A model generated the notes under the pieces. That model did no database searches and was not told the DNA's origin. It saw only the letters and a list, made by a program, of their open reading frames with translations. The position numbers were made by a program, and so were the translations under genes. Shown piece by piece: positions 57,193 to 64,000 of a stretch of DNA of 64,000 bases (position 1 is the first letter of the stretch; the number at the start of each line of letters is the position of its first letter). The DNA comes from a virus (Duplodnaviria; Heunggongvirae; Uroviricota; Caudoviricetes): IMG/VR virus record IMGVR_UViG_3300009502_000019. One strand, written 5' to 3'.

Positions 57193-57726
57193 ATGGCAAA
57201 CCACGAAGATCGCGAATACACAGACGCACTAGACATCTATCTGGCGCTATCAAGAACTAAGGACGGCCAGGAAGCTCGGTGCTTTCGCGTTGTTGCAAAG
57301 CGTCCAGAAGAGGATCTAGCTATGCTCGAGGCACGCGTGCGGCTGCTTGGCGGCAAGTGGAGGATCCATAAAACTGTTAACAAGCGTGACGCGGAGAAAG
57401 CTCGTATCTGGCTTATCCACAAACTAATCGACTTTCCTGAGGGCCGCGGGTTTGTGGACTCTCTCTGGAGGACCGCTCTGCTCCAGTCCGGATGTATTTA
57501 CGGGGAGAAAAAGTTTCTGCTTGACGTCGACACGAAAGAGCAGAGCAAGCTAGATGTTGTCGGAAAGTACATACCACACGAAGTTATGCTGGAAAGTGTG
57601 GAGACAGAAAACGGATGGCACTTCATTACAAGGCCATTTGACACCAGAGAGGTGTGTTCGCTTCCATACGTGTCGCTGCAGCGTGACGGGTACGTGTATG
57701 TCAAAACAGTCAACGATCAAAAATAG
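57193..57726 (+). CDS. Hypothetical protein
   Basis: Internal Met start (MANHEDREY) with a GAGGACCAC RBS. Confidence 0.45.
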   Translation: MANHEDREYTDALDIYLALSRTKDGQEARCFRVVAKRPEEDLAMLEARVRLLGGKWRIHKTVNKRDAEKARIWLIHKLIDFPEGRGFVDSLWRTALLQSGCIYGEKKFLLDVDTKEQSKLDVVGKYIPHEVMLESVETENGWHFITRPFDTREVCSLPYVSLQRDGYVYVKTVNDQK

Positions 57727-57729
57727 TTG

Positions 57730-57758
57730 TTGACAGTAAGCACTTATAGTGCTAGATT
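57730..57758 (+). promoter_or_regulatory. Sigma70-type promoter TTGACA-N17-TAGATT with AAATAGTT box
   Basis: aaatagttgttgacagtaagcacttatagtgctagatt, nearly identical in architecture to the promoter at 45220. Confidence 0.7.
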
Positions 57759-57925
57759 GGGGGAACAGTGAAGAACAAATTCGCACAGGCGCTCGGTAAG
57801 CTTGCGAGGGGAGTACCGAAGAATTACTCTCCGGAAGAGCGCAGGAAGAGATCGGACAGAATGAAAGAAATGAATAGGCTGAGGCGCGAAGCATCGCGTG
57901 CATCCAAACGCAGGAAGGAGGCGTA

Positions 57926-58147
57926 GTGAGGGATACAAAACTCGAGTTCATGGCTCACACAGTTGTTGGCGTTATTCTTAGCACCATCAGGAGGAATGGA
58001 CTTGAGAAGACCCTTGAAGATCTGCATGCGAGTTGCCAACACATGCCAGAGAGCGACGAACTAGTCTACCAGGGGCTGCTCAAGATCATTAGCAACATCA
58101 CAGACGAACACAAGCGTATCGCAGAAGCAAAACGAAGCTCAAACTAA
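57926..58147 (+). CDS. Hypothetical small protein
   Basis: 73 aa ORF. Confidence 0.4.
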   Translation: MRDTKLEFMAHTVVGVILSTIRRNGLEKTLEDLHASCQHMPESDELVYQGLLKIISNITDEHKRIAEAKRSSN

Positions 58148-58175
58148 ACCAAACAAGAAATAGGGGGAAGCAAGA

Positions 58176-58613
58176 ATGAAAACCAAAACGTTATCAGTGG
58201 CGAAGATCGAAGACAAGCACGTTCGGGAGTACCTTCAAAAGGTGTATCCTGGTTCACAGATCTATGTCCGCAAGGCAGATCATCAAAAGGCAAAGAGCAT
58301 TCGGGATGGAATAAAGACGTTTCTCGCCGCCAATTTCAACGAGGAGGACATCTGCCGGCTTCTTAAAATTGGTCCGGCGAAGTATAAGTGTATGTCTGAA
58401 GAGATCCTCAAAGACAGCCCGAACATCCGCCGCCAGGCCATGACGACTATTGCCAAAGAGAGCATTCCGGAAGAAAAGAAGACACGCCGGTACGTGAGAA
58501 GGAACAAAGCGTACTGGGCCAAGCACTCCGGAAAGAAGCAAACGCGGCAATACATTAAAAGAGATGTCGCATTCTGGTCCAATCACCCAGGTAAAAAGCT
58601 GGCCGCATCCTAA
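58176..58613 (+). CDS. Hypothetical basic protein
   Basis: 145 aa with a GGGAAGCAAGA RBS. Confidence 0.45.
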   Translation: MKTKTLSVAKIEDKHVREYLQKVYPGSQIYVRKADHQKAKSIRDGIKTFLAANFNEEDICRLLKIGPAKYKCMSEEILKDSPNIRRQAMTTIAKESIPEEKKTRRYVRRNKAYWAKHSGKKQTRQYIKRDVAFWSNHPGKKLAAS

Positions 58614-58675
58614 GTCGCCGGTTGTGCCTCCAAAAGGGGGTATAAGGGGGCAAAACACCCTCTAATACCCCTAAT

Positions 58676-58885
58676 TTGGGGCGCAAACGGGCTCAGGAGA
58701 GGCTATCAAACCTAGGAGGGGAAATGAAGTTTAAGTGTCCTGCTTGCGGTGACATAGTAGAAAGAGATATGCGGCAGCTCATGTCTCGCCAAGAAGCCAT
58801 CTATCGAAACGGAATCATTGTCGCTTACACTTCTTATTGCGACAAAAAAGGACGAACAGCTAGGTGCAAGAAAGTAACCCGATAA
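58676..58885 (+). CDS. Zinc-ribbon small protein
   Basis: 69 aa with CPACG...C-x-C. Confidence 0.4.
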   Translation: MGRKRAQERLSNLGGEMKFKCPACGDIVERDMRQLMSRQEAIYRNGIIVAYTSYCDKKGRTARCKKVTR

Positions 58886-59643
58886 CGGAGGGTGATGCGA
58901 TGGATGGGGAGATTCAAAGAACGACTATAAGCGGAGGAAACGAAACGATTCAAAGGCTTGAGCAAGAGAACAAGGAACTCCGCACTCGTGTGGCTGAGCT
59001 TACGAAATGGAACGACAACATCGCTTGTGACAGGAATCAAGCTGAACATGACAATGCTTTGCTTTTGAATAGTGTGGTAGAGCTTGGGGGACAAGTAAAA
59101 ACTCTCGAAGATGTTAAAGAACATGCTATGACAGATATTGTTCGGCTGGCAGATGAAAACAAGGAACGCCAGAACCGCCTGTCCACTCTTGAGAAGGAGC
59201 GTGGTAATATGGATGAGATCGGACGTACGGCGATATTTTCAGGAAAAGTGCCTCGTAGGCAGATAGCAGCGCTCTTGAAAGTAACGCCACAGTGGATGGA
59301 AAAGGCTGTGCGGCTACTTGGCCTAGGCAAGGGGCGTCAAGGAAGCAGGCAGTTTTTCACCAATGAGCACATTGAGGTCTTCCGGACAGCGATGCTTCTC
59401 CGAGCGTGTAACGTGTCATGGGAAGACATAAGAGGCGTACGTGAGTGTCAGCTTAATGGAGTCGGCGAGACAACGTTTACAAAAGAAGTTAGTGGTCAGC
59501 TGGCGTTACTAAACTCAGAAGTACAGAAACGAATAGAGTTTTTGATTTCTGAGCTTGAGCAGTTCAAACATAAACCGGTACAGTTAATAACTTCTGGAGA
59601 GCAGCATGAGAATGTACATACTGGTAAGAAGCAAGTCACCTAA
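58864..59643 (+). CDS. Coiled-coil protein (shares a segment with 37338-37769)
   Basis: 259 aa containing ENKELRTRVAELTKWN and NKERQNRLSTLEKERGN. Confidence 0.45.
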   Translation: MQESNPITEGDAMDGEIQRTTISGGNETIQRLEQENKELRTRVAELTKWNDNIACDRNQAEHDNALLLNSVVELGGQVKTLEDVKEHAMTDIVRLADENKERQNRLSTLEKERGNMDEIGRTAIFSGKVPRRQIAALLKVTPQWMEKAVRLLGLGKGRQGSRQFFTNEHIEVFRTAMLLRACNVSWEDIRGVRECQLNGVGETTFTKEVSGQLALLNSEVQKRIEFLISELEQFKHKPVQLITSGEQHENVHTGKKQVT

Positions 59644-59908
59644 GGGCTGGGGCGTGAACGGTGTTGGTCACGTCGCGCTCATGTGCTACCTCAAGTTCAA
59701 GAAGGATCCGCGGATGAAGTGGTGGCTCAAGAACTCATTCCGTAAAGTAACCTGCCTTGTGTCTGATGAAGAGTTCAAACTCGCTAAAAAGGCCGGCGAC
59801 TATGTGGTCTTTGTGGAAGATGATTTGGATGATATGCCACTCACAATGGCGTTTTGTCCTCGGAAAGAGTACCCGTGCTTCTTCAACGGGTTTAAACTTT
59901 ATTCATAA
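59606..59908 (+). CDS. Hypothetical protein
   Basis: 100 aa ORF. Confidence 0.4.
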   Translation: MRMYILVRSKSPKGWGVNGVGHVALMCYLKFKKDPRMKWWLKNSFRKVTCLVSDEEFKLAKKAGDYVVFVEDDLDDMPLTMAFCPRKEYPCFFNGFKLYS

Positions 59909-59917
59909 GGAGGAATT

Positions 59918-60136
59918 GTGCCAAGCTGGCAGTTTCTGTGGACAGAGAAAGTAGGTCGTGGATTTGTTATAAAAGCAAAAAGCCGAAAAGAGGCGTGTGA
60001 GATCTTTCGTAAACGGGTTCATAATGGGTCACACTACAAACCTTGCATAATGCCTTACGGTAGCGGTCCTATTGGTGATGGAAGGTTTATCGGTGGTGGA
60101 ACATATGATAAAGATGGCGTATACGAGCTGACATAG
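59918..60136 (+). CDS. Hypothetical small protein
   Basis: 72 aa ORF. Confidence 0.4.
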   Translation: MPSWQFLWTEKVGRGFVIKAKSRKEACEIFRKRVHNGSHYKPCIMPYGSGPIGDGRFIGGGTYDKDGVYELT

Positions 60137-60156
60137 CAACACATAGGAGCGGAGGA

Positions 60157-60585
60157 ATGAATGCTTTTGGGTATTACAGGAAGTGTAGTGAGTGCAAGTT
60201 CCATGAGCGAAGCCGGGCAGCCTTCGGGTTTAGCCCTTGTAAAAAGCAACCAGATCCAGGTTCCGAGCAGCACAATAGCGGGGGAAACTGCCAACTATTT
60301 CAGCGAAAGTGGCTTGGGACTATCGGTCCGGCAATAGCTGTTGTCGCTATTACAAGCATGAACGTGTGGCTCGGCTCCTCAAGTAGGTGGGACTGGTGCG
60401 AGAATATGCTTGTTAAGCGGCTGTTAGGCAACAAGCTCGCTAGGCAGCTTGACGATGCGGGAGATCCATACTGGGCTGAGTATTACCGGGATAAGGGACG
60501 GATTGTACCTAAGAAAGAGTACAACGCAGACGGGGCATGTATGTACTATAAGAGGAAATGGTGGAAGTTCTGGGCACCACGGTGA
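60157..60585 (+). CDS. Hypothetical protein with internal TM segment
   Basis: 142 aa ORF. Confidence 0.4.
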   Translation: MNAFGYYRKCSECKFHERSRAAFGFSPCKKQPDPGSEQHNSGGNCQLFQRKWLGTIGPAIAVVAITSMNVWLGSSSRWDWCENMLVKRLLGNKLARQLDDAGDPYWAEYYRDKGRIVPKKEYNADGACMYYKRKWWKFWAPR

Positions 60586-60776
60586 TGCGTCTTGAGGAGT
60601 GGGAAGTCCTCATAGCTTCGAGAATAGAGAGGCTTGAGGCTGCTGTTGGCGGGGAACTGTCACCAAGAGAACACCTAATCTTTAAGTCAGCCTTTTTTAG
60701 CGCGTTAGCTGATCTCGATAGACTTCAAATAAAAGAACTTACAAAAAAGATAGGTTATTTAAGTGATAGAACTTGA
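60558..60776 (+). CDS. Hypothetical small protein
   Basis: 72 aa ORF. Confidence 0.35.
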   Translation: MVEVLGTTVMRLEEWEVLIASRIERLEAAVGGELSPREHLIFKSAFFSALADLDRLQIKELTKKIGYLSDRT

Positions 60777-60922
60777 GATTCTGGAGCAGCGGATCGAGGA
60801 GCTGGAGAAGCGTCTAGTTGATCAAGCCATAACGATCTGCTCGATGGCCAGGATCATGACTCAGCTCAAGCGTGAGAATGAGAACTTAACAACTAATCAG
60901 ACCAGCTAAGATAGGAGGGCTT

Positions 60923-61468
60923 GTGAAGTACTGTAACGAGCGGTACATTAAAAAAAGCCATACGCAATTACGAAAGTGTTTGCGTAATTGGGAGTTTAAG
61001 TCCGCATTAGAGCACCTAGCACCTGAACCGAACTGGATTAAGTGGACTGTGCAGGCGTTAGCCGAGCTATACGGAAATGCTGCTAGAAGCTCTGTTAGGC
61101 ATGCGGAACTTGTTGTAATTCAATCCGCTGTGCACGACATCACGGGTGTCCACCCGCATCCTCCAGACCATAAACAAGAGACAGTAGTCGATACACCATT
61201 GCGAAAGTGTACTGTGCCATCATGTCTTCCGCATGCTCGTGTCGGTCTTCGAGTTGTATCAAACCGCGGTAGACGAGCACTGGAGCACAATGGGATCAAG
61301 ACTATTGGGGAAGCCTTTGCGTGCGGACCAAAAAAGATTATGTCACTTACACAAGTAGGTAAAAAGACATTTTGGGAACTTGTGACATTATTTAATGCAG
61401 CTGGGCTAGATGGGAACAAGTGGTCTGAGCAGTATGAGTATCTGGATGAAATACAACCAGGTATTTAA
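60923..61468 (+). CDS. Protein with RNA polymerase alpha C-terminal domain (alphaCTD)-like HhH module
   Basis: 181 aa. LRVVSNRGRRALEHNGIKTIGEAFACGPKKIMSLTQVGKKTFWELVTLFNAAG follows the RpoA CTD pattern L.LS.R..N.L...GI.TIG.L......L......GKKS..E....L. Confidence 0.45.
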   Translation: MKYCNERYIKKSHTQLRKCLRNWEFKSALEHLAPEPNWIKWTVQALAELYGNAARSSVRHAELVVIQSAVHDITGVHPHPPDHKQETVVDTPLRKCTVPSCLPHARVGLRVVSNRGRRALEHNGIKTIGEAFACGPKKIMSLTQVGKKTFWELVTLFNAAGLDGNKWSEQYEYLDEIQPGI

Positions 61469-61724
61469 AGCAGCTTCTCAGACAGAAGTCACTAAGAGGC
61501 AAGAGCGATACCCATTCAGTGCTTGTGAAGGTGCCGGGCTTCCGGTCATTATGACACTGCTGCCAAGCCTTGTACTTGATCAGGTAAGTGAGTGCCAGCC
61601 GCTAGAGAGCTGCAAAAGCACTGTGTTCTATGTGGATGTCATACACCGCGGATGGAATTGGAGGTATGTTCGGAGTCAGATCAGGTACTACTGGGCCAAG
61701 TGGACCGGTAGGATAATGCACTAA
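61446..61724 (+). CDS. Small protein, paralog of 62321-62530
   Basis: MKYNQVFKAASQTEVTKRQERYPFSAC aligns with MNHVFKAATQDEVRKRIFACVDC. Confidence 0.4.
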   Translation: MKYNQVFKAASQTEVTKRQERYPFSACEGAGLPVIMTLLPSLVLDQVSECQPLESCKSTVFYVDVIHRGWNWRYVRSQIRYYWAKWTGRIMH

Positions 61725-61736
61725 ACAGGGGGTAAC

Positions 61737-62057
61737 ATGAAATTAAGTAGGCACATGAAGTTAGCAAAGATCACGGCTAAGATAAGAGAGCAGCTACACG
61801 CAATAGACGATAGCTTGCTGACTCCTAAATCAAGAAAGTCATGGAAAGCCTTAAGAATGGCACGACTTAAGTTTGATGCACTTAGGAGTGAGTTGGATTA
61901 TGATTATCATTCGGTAATCACTGACAAGCAGTTTAAGGAGCTGGGGCACATTTATTACGGTGGGAAAACAAAACAGGAGATGTTATGTACAAAGCAGCAG
62001 CGAAAAGAAAGTTCAAATACGCAGAGTGGATTCACGGAGACGGAGAGTACGCTCTAG
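61737..62057 (+). CDS. Hypothetical protein
   Basis: 106 aa ORF. Confidence 0.4.
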   Translation: MKLSRHMKLAKITAKIREQLHAIDDSLLTPKSRKSWKALRMARLKFDALRSELDYDYHSVITDKQFKELGHIYYGGKTKQEMLCTKQQRKESSNTQSGFTETESTL

Positions 62058-62224
62058 CAGCGAGATGCGGGTGTTTGACAGTTACTCTTCACAAAACACT
62101 TGAAGATGCTAGGAAGAGTAAATCTCAAATTGATAGTACCGGCTGTGGTCATGCATGCGTATGTAGAAATACCGATCCAATTAGACTATCTATGGTACAC
62201 AAGATAGTCAAGTTACAGAAGTAG
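61985..62224 (+). CDS. Cys-rich small protein
   Basis: 79 aa ORF. Confidence 0.35.
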   Translation: MYKAAAKRKFKYAEWIHGDGEYALAARCGCLTVTLHKTLEDARKSKSQIDSTGCGHACVCRNTDPIRLSMVHKIVKLQK

Positions 62225-62225
62225 C

Positions 62226-62311
62226 TGGTGGCCGAGGCGGGACTTGAACCCGCACGTCCTTTCGGACACAAGCCCCTCAAACTTGCGCGGCTGCCATTAC
62301 GCCACTCGGCC
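62226..62311 (-). tRNA. tRNA-Leu (anticodon GAG), class II with long variable arm, CCA encoded
   Basis: Hand fold: acceptor GGCCGAG/CTCGGCC, D-arm GTGGCGTAATGGCAGCCGC, anticodon stem CAAGT/GCTTG with loop TTGAGGG, variable stem-loop GTCCGAAAGGAC, T-arm GCGGG-TTCAAGT-CCCGC, 3' ACCA. Confidence 0.7.
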
Positions 62312-62320
62312 AATAAAATT

Positions 62321-62530
62321 ATGAATCACGTTTTTAAAGCTGCTACTCAAGACGAAGTACGAAAGCGTATATTCGCGTGTGTTGACTGCAACTACTTCTT
62401 AGATAACTTAGGTGGTATACAAAGCGTGTGTTCGAAGTTTTACCCAAGCATATCCATACAACTTACGGATCCGAACAGCTCTGTTCCAAAGTGGTGCCCG
62501 TTAAAAGATGGTGGGCACGGTAGGACTTGA
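62321..62530 (+). CDS. Small protein between tRNA genes (paralog of 61446-61724); 3' end overlaps the tRNA on the opposite strand
   Basis: ATG at 62321. CVDC and Cys/Pro-rich. Confidence 0.3.
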   Translation: MNHVFKAATQDEVRKRIFACVDCNYFLDNLGGIQSVCSKFYPSISIQLTDPNSSVPKWCPLKDGGHGRT

Positions 62531-62592
62531 ACCTACACGTCCGAAGACACAGGCTTCTAAGACCTGCGCGGCTGCCATTACGCCACGTGCCC
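62509..62592 (-). tRNA. tRNA-Leu (anticodon TAG), class II
   Basis: Same D-arm as the other Leu tRNAs. Anticodon stem CAGGT/GCCTG with loop CTTAGAA. T-arm GTAGG-TTCAAGT-CCTAC. CCA encoded. Confidence 0.7.
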
Positions 62593-62670
62593 TTGGTACC
62601 GGATGAGGGAATCGCACCCACACTTTACGGCTTTTAAGACCGTCGCCTCTGCTATTGGGCTAATCCGGCT

Positions 62671-62756
62671 TGGTGCGAGTGGAGGGACTCGAACCCCCAC
62701 ATCCTTTCGGACATCGGCTTTTGAGACCGACGCGGCTGCCATTACGCCACACTCGC
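62671..62756 (-). tRNA. tRNA-Leu (anticodon CAA), class II
   Basis: Anticodon stem TCGGT/GCCGA with loop CTCAAAA; variable arm GTCCGAAAGGAT; CCA encoded. Confidence 0.7.
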
Positions 62757-62761
62757 TTGAT

Positions 62762-62846
62762 TGGTGCGATCGGCAGGACTTGAACCTGCACGGGGTTGAC
62801 CCATAAGCTTCTGAGGCTTACGCGGCTGCCATTACGCCACGATCGC
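62762..62846 (-). tRNA. tRNA-Leu (anticodon CAG), class II
   Basis: Anticodon stem TAAGC/GCTTA with loop CTCAGAA; T-arm GCAGG-TTCAAGT-CCTGC; CCA encoded. Confidence 0.7.
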
Positions 62847-62847
62847 T

Positions 62848-62926
62848 TGGTCTCTCTGGTCAGGGTCGAACTGACATGATATCCTGTTTAGAAGACAGGT
62901 GGACTATCCAATTATCCCACAGAGAG
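62848..62926 (-). tRNA. tRNA-Arg (anticodon TCT)
   Basis: Acceptor CTCTCTG/CAGAGAG. Anticodon stem CCTGT/ACAGG with loop CTTCTAA. T-arm GTCAG-TTCGACC-CTGAC. CCA encoded. Confidence 0.65.
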
Positions 62927-62927
62927 G

Positions 62928-63611
62928 TTAGAACTTCATTCTTCTTCCCGGCATCCATCCTTTTGATAAATATGACATAAAATCTGATTCTGTTACTTTT
63001 ATGGATTTTTTAAGGCCAGGATTGTAAATCCACTTTTTCCCATATTGGGAATTTCCTTTCCCGGACTGTGCTTTTGATACTATTGACCCAATATATTTTT
63101 TATGCTCTTCTGTGTGATGTTTATTTTTGAACCTCATTCCATCTTTTAGGCTAAAAAATCCAGACTTGTTTTTCCGTTGAGTTTCTATACTTTTCTTATG
63201 TGCTGGCTTGCGAAGTTTTTCATTATTAAATCCAATTCCCTTCTCTTTGCACATATTACCAATAGCAACCATCTTCTTTCTTGTTTCTTCTTTATTTGGA
63301 TTATTTGTAAAATAATCTCCACCCTCGCCACCCGGTGTTATGTTGTATCCCTTAGACCAGGTACAGCCTACATCAGCTATCCAAGCTATTTCTAATTCAT
63401 TTAGCTCTGCTTTACTATAAGCACAATCAATGGGTCGTATCTTAAATCTACCTTGACCGTACTTTTTCATAACACGTCTTATTATGACACCACTTGGTTT
63501 GTATTTTGGATCAAACCTACTTCCTTTGTGTTGACCAATGTATCTCATATTGGTCACCAAATCAGTTACCAAGTAAATGTAACCATAACAATTTTCTAAT
63601 ATCCTGTTCAT
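62928..63611 (-). CDS. GIY-YIG homing endonuclease (SegB/I-TevI-like) inserted in the tRNA cluster
   Basis: 227 aa and AT-rich. N-terminal GIY-YIG core YGYIYLVTDLVTNMRYIGQHKG. NUMOD-like HTEEHKKYIGS repeats. Basic DNA-binding C-terminus. Confidence 0.8.
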   Translation of the reverse strand: MNRILENCYGYIYLVTDLVTNMRYIGQHKGSRFDPKYKPSGVIIRRVMKKYGQGRFKIRPIDCAYSKAELNELEIAWIADVGCTWSKGYNITPGGEGGDYFTNNPNKEETRKKMVAIGNMCKEKGIGFNNEKLRKPAHKKSIETQRKNKSGFFSLKDGMRFKNKHHTEEHKKYIGSIVSKAQSGKGNSQYGKKWIYNPGLKKSIKVTESDFMSYLSKGWMPGRRMKF

Positions 63612-63624
63612 ACTTACTCCAGGT

Positions 63625-63700
63625 TGGTACCTCTACTCAGATTCAAACTGAGATGTGTAGTTTCGAAGACTACCGCCTTATTCAATTAGGCCATAGAGGT
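63625..63700 (-). tRNA. tRNA-Arg (anticodon TCG), tentative
   Basis: Acceptor ACCTCTA/TAGAGGT. D-arm GCC-TAATTGAATAA-GGC. Anticodon stem GTAGT/ACTAC with loop CTTCGAA. T-arm CTCAG-TTTGAAT-CTGAG. 3' ACCA. The A1 start and the T-loop are atypical. Confidence 0.5.
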
Positions 63701-63705
63701 ATGAT

Positions 63706-63930
63706 TTAATAGAGCTCTTCCCACTTGTTCTGATCGTAGCTCCAGTGCCGTACATCGTACACTGACAACTCTGCAAAAAACCCAAATACTTCTAAGAAAA
63801 GCCTAAAGCCGGCATGATCACAGTTGCGAGTAAGCTCGAGATTAAACCGAAACCAGCACCACTCCTCGAACTTGTCCAACTGAAGCTCCCATGCTTTGTT
63901 CTTTGAGATCTTCCAACCGATGTCTGTCAT
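63706..63930 (-). CDS. Hypothetical small protein
   Basis: 74 aa ORF downstream of the tRNA array. Confidence 0.35.
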   Translation of the reverse strand: MTDIGWKISKNKAWELQLDKFEEWCWFRFNLELTRNCDHAGFRLFLEVFGFFAELSVYDVRHWSYDQNKWEELY

Positions 63931-64000
63931 GTCGCCCCCACACGATGCAATTTATTCCATATCTTTATTATAACATCACCATGGCAATGCTTGGGTTTGC

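Overview
This window reads as a large virulent dsDNA phage of T4-like or jumbo-phage style, not a bacterial chromosome. A long minus-strand block (1-45082) carries replication, recombination and repair genes: family-A DNA polymerase with a fused UDG-like domain, DnaB-type helicase plus replisome organiser, primase, SF2 helicase, RecA/UvsX, a gp32-like SSB, a single-chain SbcD-SbcC (Mre11-Rad50) fusion, RuvC and two EndoVII-type nucleases. The same block carries auxiliary metabolism: GroEL/GroES, peptide deformylase, an M28 peptidase, NAMPT/NadV with PRPP synthetase and a NadR-like kinase (NAD+ salvage), cytidine deaminase, an Rnl2-type RNA ligase and a LemA-TPM-SPFH membrane module. A divergent promoter region at 45083-45332 switches to a plus-strand block of mostly small early-type genes (45333-62224). 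That block includes an RtcB RNA ligase interrupted by a LAGLIDADG-type intein, an HNH endonuclease, a HAD phosphatase and an RNAP alpha-CTD-like protein. The right end carries a minus-strand tRNA array (four paralogous tRNA-Leu plus two tRNA-Arg) split by a GIY-YIG homing endonuclease, and a separate tRNA-Met(CAT) sits at 25081-25152. Non-coding signals: a five-copy ~45 bp promoter-like repeat family, three near-consensus sigma70 promoters sharing an AAATAGTT upstream box, an iteron-like repeat array inside the replisome-organiser gene, a TAGGAAC-N5-TATGCC repeat array, a long perfect hairpin terminator, and a ~745 bp ORF-free structured region that may encode a large ncRNA. Several short peptide motifs are shared between otherwise unrelated proteins. 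All calls rest on reading the six-frame translations and motifs by eye; no database searches were possible.
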